A stretch of DNA of 64,000 nt from Octopus sinensis (lineage: Eukaryota). The stretch spans positions 45,446,001 through 45,510,000 of the forward strand of contig NC_043000.1 of NCBI RefSeq assembly GCF_006345805.1, in the 5' to 3' direction. Positions 36,966 through 48,890 of the stretch are shown piece after piece (position 1 is the stretch's first letter; each line of letters starts with the position of its first letter). A program made the translations under genes and the position numbers. The notes under the pieces were generated by a model. It was given only the letters and a program-made list of their open reading frames with translations. It was not told the origin of the DNA and did no database searches.

Positions 36966-39464
36966 CATAAAGCTTCCCGTTATCCAATATATCCTTTCTT
37001 TTAGAAGGACGGAGTCTGGTAAAGATTCATCTACTATTCCATGAAGACTGAACAACTGTTGGTGAACATTTATATCAGTATCATATAAAAATTAGACAGG
37101 ATAACATTGATAATAATCTTTTTCAAAAGTTTTACACATATGAATGAAATAATATGTCTATCAACACCAAACAATTCTCATGCTTAGCTATAAGTTCACT
37201 TATATCTTCTTCAATACTTGAATAATGGACTTAATTGCATCTCCAGTTTGTTCCAATTATTTAGCAAGATAAAATATATATGTAGCTAGGTAGTATAATC
37301 TAACAAAATTACAAACTTTCCTTACAATCAGTTAGAATTCAAAGTTAAACTATGCCCCTAATTATGATACTTGGATTTGTTTTATTATGTTCTGTCTAGA
37401 AAATATTATTTGTAGTGCTGCAAAGCCTGTGTGTTAAAACAGAATTATCAATCAAATATTTGCTCATAGCTGTTTCAATTTAGTTGTTTTTCTCTAGTAT
37501 CTGTTTGATGCATCATTTTATTTATTTATAATTTACTTCTTCACAAATGGTGACTAGACCTTACATTTTGAATTGGCAGAACAGCATTTTTAATGCCAGA
37601 AGACATTTCATAAAGTTTTGTGCAATTATGTTCTTTGTTCAAATCCTGCTGATGGTTGATTGTTTTGATCGTAAGAACATCTGATAACATGCCTTTGGTA
37701 TTTAGTTCAAATCACATCAAGAATAACTTTGCTTTCTATCCTTGTGGGGTAGGACAGTTAATAAAATAGAATACCAGTTAATTACTGGAGTCGATTTCAT
37801 TGATTGGTAGTGGTCTTTCTCAAGCTTCTTCATAAACAGGTTTTCTAAAAGTGGCTGGTTCTCTAAGTGTTAATGATAGTTTAAATTCCAATAGAAGCAG
37901 TATTCTAGTGAGGAACAACAATTTCTTGATATTATTTGCTTAAAAATATATTGAATCCAATGCGAATTGACAGAAAAAAAAGAAATAGCTTGTTTGCATG
38001 CTAAAACCCCATAGAATCTTTGTGTTGTCATTTTATAGGATAGGTAAAATTTTATATTAATAGTAGAAAACATTTTCATTTAGGAATTGTAACACTGTGT
38101 CCATACATATAGAACAGCTTCACTTCCATTAAACTAAGTGGCAAAATGTTTGTAAAATCAGCTTAACTGCTAGAGTTGCTGGGGCTGTGGATAAAATGCT
38201 GAGCAGTATTCATTCTGGCTCTTTGTGTACAGTGATCAAATCCCGTCAAAGTCAACATAACAAGCAAGTATTGGTGCTAATTTCACTATTCTCTCGCAAA
38301 TTTGCAGTTATGTGTCTATGGTGGAAATTATTATTGGTAGTTGTAGATTGACAAATTCAATAGAGAGGCAAACAAAAATATTTTGTGATATTTAGCTATC
38401 TCTCTTTTAAGTTCACTGCACACTGGGAAAAAATTTTACTGCCATCCTTTCAAGAAATGGTATAAAATTAGTACCAGATATGCACTGATGCTGGACTCAA
38501 ATGTATATATATATATATATAATATATATATATATGTATAAGCAGATAGGATGTGTATGTAAGTTGAGATTTTTTATCCTGTATTCACATTGTTCAAGAG
38601 TTGCCCTCCATTGAAATTTTAATTTTACTATGAGTTAGACTTCAAGAGATATATAGTTTAAGGTGATTTTGTTGCACACACACACACACACGTGTGTATA
38701 TATATATGCACACACATATATGTATATATGTGTGTATGCGAGTGTAAGTTTGTTTGTGCATTTATACATATATACACCCATATATCTTTGTATCTAAGTT
38801 TGTATATCTCAAGTTTAAGTATCCATATGCACATTTATGTAAATATACATGAATGTGTACACACATTTTCATAGGCATGTATTGATATAGAAAACTATGC
38901 AAATATAAGACTATGAATGTAAATGCTAGTTTGTATTCACGAATGTATATTTGTATGGCATTGTGCACTTTTATCAGTATGTAAATGTTTATAAATATAT
39001 ATTTGCTCAAGAGAATGTTTTTTTCTGAAAGAAGCTCTTGAAACTCATACAAAAAAAACATGCACAAAGTTTTAAGCCTTGAGGGTATGAAGTTGTAAAG
39101 GTGAAAAAAGCGTATTGTATCTTACATGGGAAACAGGTAAAATATTATGTAATTTGATTTTCTTCCTTTATACCATCACCTGTTTATCTTTGAAATTTGA
39201 AGAATTCTTCAGGGCTTTTATTTTACATTTTTTTTCACCCTATTTTTCATTGTGTTATTTTTGACTTTGTGATGTTTCATTGGTTCTACTGCAATATTCA
39301 ATAAAATTTCAATTTATATATTTATGTAAGTCAGAGATATTACAGGTCAGACCAATCATTGGTATATTGTTTCCTTTTTTTTGTGGCTACAAAATTATGG
39401 CATTTCCTACTAGAACTTTTAACTCAGTCTGTTTCTATATTGCTACTTAGACATTCTGCAACAC

Positions 39465-39565
39465 CTGCTGTTCCCTGCAGCTAATCTCTGTTTCTTTGAA
39501 TCTGATTACTATTCTTTGTGGTGAAGTGCTGATGTAGCAAGCAATAATAGTCTCTCTGACCTTTG
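39465..39565 (-). CDS. Candidate 101-nt exon (KVRETIIACYISTSPQRIVIRFKETEISCREQQ)
   Basis: Strong polypyrimidine acceptor TTTCCTTTCTGGTTGTCTAG; donor CAG|GTGTTG is weak. Confidence 0.25.
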
Positions 39566-39831
39566 CTAGACAACCAGAAAGGAAACAAAGAAAATAAGTA
39601 AGAAGCAAATTAAATATAGTTAAAACACAATAAAACACAAACCAACATATATACACATAAAATATACATAAAATAAATGTAAAAATTTGTTGAATTAAAT
39701 ATTAACTCTCATGAAAAGGATTTGTAATTGATTCTTTATATATTTACCTCAATGAAATTCTTGGTTATTTTATTTCTCTTTTTCTTTTTTTTTTTTTTAC
39801 TCTCATTGAGGTTGCAAGTCTGTGAACTTAC

Positions 39832-39869
39832 AGACATCAGTTTTCATTTCAGCATCTTTCAATCTAATC
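39832..39869 (-). CDS. Candidate 38-nt exon (IRLKDAEMKTDV)
   Basis: Acceptor CTCTCTGTGGCACAG, donor T|GTAAGT; phase-compatible with 39465-39565. Confidence 0.27.
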
Positions 39870-40134
39870 CTGTGCCACAGAGAGTTTAAGACATTAATGT
39901 ATATTTATATATAAATATATAAATATCTTATGCACTGACTACTAAATAGAAAGCTGATAGCTGAAGGGTTGTTATACAATAGAATTTTACATGTGTATGT
40001 TTGTGTGTGTGTGTATGTACATATATGTATATATATATATGCATATCTGTATTCAACAATAATAACAATATGTATGTATAAATATCACATACACACATAC
40101 ACACACACACACATACACATACACACACACACAC

Positions 40135-40250
<116 letters not shown>

Positions 40251-40364
40251 AGATATTCACACACAGACAGTTGAATAAATGTTTGTGAAGCTGTTTAAGT
40301 ATCTATCCTTTTGTATGGTTCTGAGTACTGGACCCTTTGTTGGTGCCAGGTGAAACAACTGGGA

Positions 40365-40730
40365 CCATTCCACCTCAAATTGTTCCAAAGTATCCTTGGT
40401 ATTTTCATGGGAAGGAAAAGGTGACTGCTTCATTCAAAAATACTCCTGAGGGTTGAGATCAACAGTACTGAGGCCTGAATATTTCATCATCTTCTCTGTT
40501 GGTTTGGCCATGTGATTTGGATGCTGGTTGACCAGATCTCAAAGATGGTCCTCTTTAGTGAGATATAGAAGAGAGACAGATCTCATAGACATTTAAAACT
40601 TCATTTTCACTTTCATCTCAAGTGGTTTCACTCACTTTATGCAGTATCCTTCCCAAACATTTGGAGGGCCTGGAAGTTAGTTACAAGGCATGGAGGTCTA
40701 TGTGTGATGCTGGAGCAAAGTATTTTGAAA
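40365..40730 (+). mobile_element. Highly decayed RTE-like LINE C-terminal fragment
   Basis: PFHLKLFQSILGI and AWRSMCDAGAKYFE resemble RTE ORF C-termini. Confidence 0.4.
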
Positions 40731-42069
40731 CCAACAAAGTGGGAGGTTGCAGGAAGAATAGAGAAGCCACTATCAAAATCCTGTGGCTGTTGTTCATGAT
40801 CTATCTACCTTGTATCAGCCATGTCAACCATGTCTGCACCCATGAGAAACAAAGTTCTGGAGTTGGAAATGAATAAATGTCCCAGATCAACACTGTCATC
40901 ACTTTTGATGGGCTGTCATAAGCAATAAGTAAATGTTTGTGTGTCCATGTGTATGTGTGAATGTATACACATACACACATGCACACACAGACACACATAT
41001 GTACATATATATATATATGCATATACATACATACATACATACATACATACATACATACATTCATCATCTTCATGGTTGTTTGAAAATCACTTTTCTGTGT
41101 TTGCATAGATGAAACGGAATATGCTGGGACAGATATTCTCTGTCTAGATGCTCCTGTTTTTATCGAAGTTTATCTGTTTCCTAGCAAGGTGATATTTTCC
41201 CATGGGTGGACCTCTTTTCACCTATGATTGGAAATGAATGATACTGTTTGCATGATGTTGATTCTTGTTAGAAGACACAAACACACATTATATATTTATA
41301 TATATATATATGCTTTTGCTTTTGCTAGCTTAAGCCAAAGGCTGTGGCCACACAGGGCACTGCCTTTTGTGTGATCGGTTTGCATTTCACACTTGCAGGT
41401 TTTCTTTCCAGAACTTGTCAAATATTTTTTCTATGCTAGCATTGAAAAGTGATTTTTAAATGACCATGACAATGATAAATATGTATGTACACATGTATGT
41501 ATGTATGTATGTATGTATGTATGTATGTATGTATGTGTGTGTGTGTGTGTTCGCACGTGTATGTTCGCACGTGTATGTATGTATGTATGTTGTTGAATGA
41601 CATGCTGAAAGACTACTAAGAGTGGGACACTCTAGCTTTTACTAAAACATGTCTCTAGTAGAAGGTTGCTATGATATAAAACCAGATATATAGGAAATGG
41701 CATTGAATATTTAAGGGTTTACTTGCTCTCCTTAGAGATCATGGTGACCCCACATTCCTGAGTGTGCAACTAATATTGGCATTGGATATCTTGCCCTGGC
41801 TTGTCTTTGAATCATGTCAGTATGGTTGAGAGTGTCTGTGAGGTTCTGAGCAAGCTTTATTGGACCTAAAACTTTAGGTTGTGCAATCGCTGGCAAAGCA
41901 ACTATTTGATGCTTGGTTGAGTAGGAGGGTACTGTGGCAAACATGGAAACTGCAGGCATGAACCCAGGTGAAGCCAACTGCTGGAGCAAGTATAAACTCA
42001 TGCATGGGCATTGCTGGTATTTTGTTGGTGATGGTCACTAATGGTCTTCCTCAGTCATGAATGAACAGA

Positions 42070-42640
42070 ATTTGGTTCTCAATCCCCTACTATTCATCAT
42101 TGTCCTCTATAATAGAGGAATTCAAGACTAGCTGCTCTTGGGAACTGCTACGTGCAGATCATCTTACTCTCATAGCAGATTCTGTAAAATAGCTAGAAAA
42201 GAAATATCAGGTGTGGGTGCAAAACCTGCAATCAAAGGGCATTAAGGTTAACTTAGCAAAGATAAGGGTTCTAGTAAGAGAACAGACAAGACTCTACCCA
42301 CTTCAGGTAAATGGTTCTGTTCAGTATGTAGGAAAGGTGGAAGTGGAAATTCTATATGTTATACCCAGTGCAAGTTATGAATACATAAGTTGTGTAGTGG
42401 AATAATAGAAAGGTTAACAACGAAAGTGCTTGTGTGTGGAAGATGCACAAGAGCCACAAAGTCTACAGATACTTTGGAAATTGATTTTCTCAGGCTATGT
42501 AGAAGTAGTGGATAACTTCTGCTACCTAGGAGACCTATTTAGCAGTGGAGGAGGATGTATGGAACTTATATTTGCTAGAGTAAGAATAAGATAGAGAAAA
42601 TGCAGAGAGTCTTCACTTCTGTTGGCAAACAAAGGTCTCT
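42070..42640 (+). mobile_element. RTE-clade LINE RT fragment
   Basis: Collinear with 20960-21540 (LNPLLFII, CSWELL, KGIKVNLAK). Confidence 0.85.
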
Positions 42641-43681
42641 CTCTCTCTCTCTCACTTTCTCTCTCTCCAAATCCATTCTCAAATCCATTCTCAAGCCCTT
42701 TATTAGCTCAGGGTTACAGATAAAAAACATTTTTTCAGGGTGCCACACATTGGAACTGAACTTCAAACCATCTGGTTCAGAAGCAAACATCCTGGCCACA
42801 AAACTTTTCCTTGTCTATAAACAATATCTGAAGCACAACATTGATTCAATTAGAACTGGAATAAATTGAAATATTAGAGATTTACAATGAGTGTAATAAA
42901 ATATGAACACACTCTTTCTATGTTTTTGATGTGTGAAAAAATGAAAAGCTTCCTGATGTACTTTCATGATTTGTTGACCCTCCTTAGAGAAGATGTACCT
43001 AACAATAGCACAAATATGAAAATTTGAGCATTCATTCATGTGCCAGTATAATTCGTGTGTCTTATTATAGCAGCTGTCTTATGCTATAGTTTGGGTAAGG
43101 AAGCTGGGCATATTTTCTCTGAGGAGCTGTCAACAAACAGTTAAACAGGAAAACGGTCTGTCTACAGACTTCCTTCTGTTTTCTGCACATAATTGAAAAA
43201 AGAGTGTGTGGACTCTTTTATTATATCCATGGTGAAGCTTTCTAATATTTGTTTCTAACTTAGGCACAAAGCCAGTAGTTGTGAGGATTGAAAGTCAGTC
43301 AATTATACCAATCTCTTGTACTTAACTAATACTTTATTTTATCCTATCTAAAGGTTCTAAGGTAGCTCTAATCTCAATGAGATTTGAACTTAGGATGTTA
43401 AGTACTGAAACAAGAATGAATCAAGAGGTATTTTGTATCATATTAATAACAATAATGTGGATAAAGGGAATTTCCAAAATAGGCACAATGCATCAGATTT
43501 TAGGGAACATTAAAGATAATTGCAATCAACTCATTACAGATTCTGGTTTTATTTACCCAGGATTTATAAAAATTAAATCGATCTAACTGGTATTTGAAAT
43601 GAGAATCCCAAAAGGTCTTAACTAAATATTGCAATGCAAGCCATTTTGCCAGAAACTCTACTGATTTTGTCAATCTGCTAC

Positions 43682-44268
43682 CAGGGCCATCACTAAGCCC
43701 CTGCAATCACTGTGGTCACAGGGGACCTCCGCAGTTGAGGGGCATGTTAAGATCAAAGTACATATTTACTTTGGTTAAGATGTTGAACAAGAATTAAACT
43801 ATCTGTGTTAACTGAAAATTTCAAGAAATAAAATGGTAATACATTGTACCAGCAAAAGCTCTTGTAAAAATATTACTTTGTACCAAAAATATGTACCAGA
43901 CTTTGTGGATTGTCTATGATATCTATTGAACATGAACTTAGCTCTCAGCTTGATTATCCTGAACCGATTGATGATTTCATGAAGCGAAAAGTGTGCCGTG
44001 TTTGTCATTGAATGTTGCCTGGATTATAAAAGTGCTCTTTTATTCATATCTGGAAGTTTTACTTAATGAAATTTGTAATAGATCTAAATGAATTTAACTT
44101 GTACTTTAAAGATGTTCTTTAGGATAACGTGAAATACTGAACTTCAGATAGAATAAAGTAAAATATAGCCATGAATAAGCAGTATGTAGATTGTGGATTT
44201 TGATTGATGGGATGGAGCTTCAAAACAAAAAGTTGCAAGGGGTCCCTAAAAGTTAAGTGATGGAACTG
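43682..44268 (+). mobile_element. Internally deleted hAT transposon retaining the transposase C-terminus
   Basis: TIR CAGGGCCATCACT vs CAGTTCCATCACT; 8-bp flanks TCTGCTAC/TCTAATAC; GLSMISIEHELSSQLDYPEPIDDFMKRKVCRV resembles the hAT dimerisation region. Confidence 0.8.
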
Positions 44269-47121
44269 TCTAATACACGTGGCATGATCCAGTGGATCAC
44301 TAAAATTTAAACCCAGATAACAGAGGGATGAATCTAACTTCTGACAATTATTTAAAGCTAGTATTTTGCTATTCCTGCCATTCCATTCTTCTTAGTAAGT
44401 ATTGTTGAAGGATGTCTACAATATTTATTGTGTATAATGGTTTATTTGTTTACTTTTCAAAGACATTGTCTGTAGAGTGGCAGTAATTTTTTGGCAAGAA
44501 AACACTAAAACATTTTCAGTTTTAATTTCCACTTGAAGTCTTCCTCACTTCATTTATGCTGCTAACAAAGCTATTAAAGATTTAATAGCAAAAGTCTTTA
44601 GTCTTGAAATACAATTGGGAAAACAAATAAATATATTAATTCTCACCCATGTGTATTTAGCAATGCTGTGAAACTGCTAACCCATGAGAGTTTTTTTGCA
44701 GTGGCTTGGCATTAAGACACAATTGATTGATTTGATTGTTATTTAGTAATTCATCAGGATTTTCTCACCTCTGTTTCTTAAACTGATAATGATAATAACA
44801 GAAAGCTATTAATCAAAATATAAGCTATTACATACCTACACAGAAATTCGAGAACATTGACAAGTACATTATGACAGTACCAGAGAAAGTTATATCTGGA
44901 AATGACAATAGTTAAGTGTATTGACAATGATGGGGATTAGAAATGAGCAGGTGGTCTTTTGACTCATATGTCAATGTCACTAATTTAAAGAGTTAATGAG
45001 GAAGCCTCTTTTCAGTAGCTCAACCTGCAAGAAATAACAACCAAATCTCCATCAAAACAGATCTTACCATCTCAAAAAGAAAGGACACTTTACATAATGT
45101 ATTTTAAGAGTCATGACTATTGAAAAGGTTACAAGATGCAACGAAAATTTTAGGAGAATAAAAATATGAAATAAGTGGAAATTTTACCGGTGAGTGTGTT
45201 ACATTGTAAGGCACAAAAAGAAAATGACTCTTCCAAGACACAACAGAATATGCTTCAACACACGAACTCATATAAAGAATCTTGCAAACCAAATCCAAAA
45301 ACGAAATTTTAAGATTAGCTATCTGAATAAAAGATAGGTTGTCAGAGCTGAAATATCTTTGCCTGTAAGATCAAGCTTGGCCTGGAGTCAAAAGTAACAG
45401 CTGAAATTCTCAGGCTTGTGTTTGTGACCTATTTAATATCCCATCTGTCATCTGCAGTCACAGATGAAACATGGCTTCATGAAATTTTAAATCACATTCA
45501 CTTCTCAAGCATATGAGATATGATAGTTGGACTACTATATTTTCAGTTAGCTACAACATACAGATGAATAATTTGTAGTTGGCATACTTATTTAAAACCT
45601 CAGCAGCTTGGCAGCTGCAATGTACTTCCAGAAAATTATTTTTTCATATTTAGTATGTGATTGAACATTATAGAAAGCAATGAAATATTATTTTAAATCT
45701 TAGATGTTTCCTGTTTAAAGAACTTCTTTAAGGAAGTTGCAGGAATTTTACAGTAGCAAATTTTCTTGACATCTACTTATCAAGCAAGACATAAGGAACA
45801 TTTTTATCAAAAATTTTACCTGGAAAAATAAATTTATTATGAAGAACTGTAAATTTTATTGCACTCTTTTTTATTCTTCTAAGAAATTGGAACAATGTAT
45901 AATATGAAAATTGACAATAGTACTACTATCAAAAGAGAAATCCAGGTATTGGAAAATACTTTTATAATCTATAACAATTTTGGAGAATCTTTTGATATGA
46001 ATCGTTCAGAAAAACAAGATAAAGCTCTACTTTGTCAGAGATTATCATGAACAGCTACGACATCGATAACTGCTTAGCAAAGTAAAGTTGCAAAACTTTG
46101 TGTCAAATATTCTAGTTAAATCTGAAATTAACTCTATATTTCAAAGAAATTCACTTAGTTTTGTATTTCATAGCACATGCTGAAATGATTGCATTAACAA
46201 ACCTAAAACTAAAACTAAAATCTTTCTTCTGTTATAACTGATTTTCTCATTTTATGTTACACATTAGGATCCTAATCTGGATGCTATCTTTCTGCTTCAA
46301 GAACCAGCTGCAAAATGTTCCTGCAGAAATTATCATTCATCCAAGAACTAAACCCGATAGATATTGGCAGCTGTTAATCTTAACTTTGATGTTTTGTGAA
46401 ATTTTTATTTTGTGACAATTCCTTATGCTCCATATTTCTGTAATATAGAGCAGAGAATCACTTTTCGTTTTCATTTTCATCAAGCTGAGTTTTGAAATCT
46501 TTCTTGTTTTCATAAAAATAAAACAGAATGATAAAATCAAAAAGAAATATGAGAACCAATCATTGAATATAATAATATATTTGTATCTCAATAGATGTGG
46601 GTGCATCATAATTGTCATATATAATGTATTCGTTTTGGAAGAATTTAATGAAGTTGGTTCCACTATGTTATTGAAAGATATCTCAAGGATCGGAAGCACC
46701 AAAAAGGTTGTAGAATGCAAATGTATAATAGCAACTGTGAGTCAGTGTTTAAATGTAGATTTCATGTGATGCTTTCCTGATACAAAAGTAAATGACAAGA
46801 ATATTACTATTCAAATGCACTTATCTTGTCTTTTTGTGCTATGTGTGCATGCTGTTGTTTTTTAATAAATAGTTACATGTGTATGTGTGTGTGTGTATGT
46901 ATGTATGTGTATATGTAAGTGTGTGCATCAGATGCATGGATATGTGTTAATGTATATAGTTTGGTATATTGATTTGGTATAAAGTTATGCTATTGCTTTC
47001 TTCTTTTGCACACACACATATACATGTGTGTGTGTGTTTGTGTATGTGTGTGTAAAACTCTTTGTAACTACTCTTGTAGGCAAACATCCATTCAGTTATA
47101 TATATATATATATATACAGTA

Positions 47122-47175
<54 letters not shown>

Positions 47176-48250
47176 TACTGTACACAGGCAAGTGTACAGA
47201 CGCACACATACTATGAATGTAAATTTTGTGTGTGTTCGTGTGTGTTAGTGTTAGTGTGTGTGTGTGTGTGTGAGCACAATACAGAAATGGAGAAAAACAC
47301 AAAGAAACACAAAGAGAAATGTGAAGTAAGAGAAGAAAAAGAGAAAATACTGCACATTATAACTCTGACTTTACTAAACATGGTAGGTATATAGTTTCTT
47401 GGGAATATCAGATAGATATCATTGCTATCATATTCCAAGCATCACTAGAGCCTGAAATTCTGCATTCTGCACATAGTGCTGTCCAATAGATTAGTTGCTT
47501 CAGTAACTACTCGTTATTCAGATGAGCCTCTAAAATCATAAACCATTTTAAATTTATGTAATGTCTATGTATACATACTCTTGTTTATTATTATCTTTTT
47601 TTGTAGTTATTTTTGTGGCAAGTAGTCTTCTTTTACTTTTCCATAAACCATGATATGTGTCTATATATATATATGTGTGTGTGTGTGTAAATAGATTTTT
47701 ATATATCTCTTTTGATAAAAAATGTGATATATATACAATATGTATATATATATATATATATATATTTATAGCCTACTGGCAAATACATGAAGCACATACA
47801 TTAAGTATACGTGGTTCATTACACACACACACACATACACACACACACACATATACACACACACATATTTATATATATATGTAAGTGTATGTGTTTGTGG
47901 TGATAAATGAGAGTAGATTAGATGAATATATATATATATTTACAATGCATATATATATCTATAGATATGATAGTCACACATACTGTTATATTTCTGCATA
48001 TGAATTTAGGATAATACATGCTATCTTGCTCAACCATGTAGTTGTCCTGGACTGAGTTTGCATCCAATTCTGACAAATGTATTTTATTGTTATTTCTGGA
48101 AAGTCTCATTTTACATACACATATATACTTATTAGCACATGACTATTTTCTAATAGGGATTAACATACGTCACTATCTTGATACAAATAACTAGGTAGAT
48201 ACATCTGTGTACATGCACACATGCGTGCACGTGCATGTGCACTCACATAC

Positions 48251-48287
<37 letters not shown>

Positions 48288-48669
48288 GCACAAGTATAGA
48301 AATGTGATTAAGATATTCATTTCAATGAATTTGTTCCTGCTCTTTACATACTGAGTTCAATCCTTCCAAGCTCAATTTAGCCTTTCATTCCTCCAAGGTC
48401 AGTAAAAGTAAGTGCCATTCTTTCACTGAGATCGTTTGACTTACCTCTTCTACAAGAAACAGCTATTACTTAGAGAAGGATAGGTGAATAGACAAAACAA
48501 CTGACAAAATCCTTGAAGTGCGTTGCTTCGATGTGGTGTTAATTTAAACCACCTATATTATCCCATGAAAAATATATGGATTTGTAGATATGTTAAAAAT
48601 AATTATCATTAATAGTGCTGAATGGTAGATTAAACAGACATCTGGATTAAAAAATAATTTTATTTAGTC

Positions 48670-48858
48670 ATTTTATATTCCTATTTTGATATTCAAATTC
48701 CACTAGAGTGTACATTATTTACATTTGACGAATATTTGTCCTCATCTTGTTTGTTGTTTACGCAACGTTTCAGCTGATATACCCTCCAGCCTTCATCATG
48801 TGTCTTGGGGAAATTTCGAATGTGTGTTCTCATTCCTAAAGTATTTTTCGATGTTATT

Positions 48859-48890
<32 letters not shown>

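Noticed and set aside
45870-46770. Exon-like or ORF-like AT-rich stretch
   Set aside because: Several short frames with stops, no recognisable motif and no consistent splice phases.
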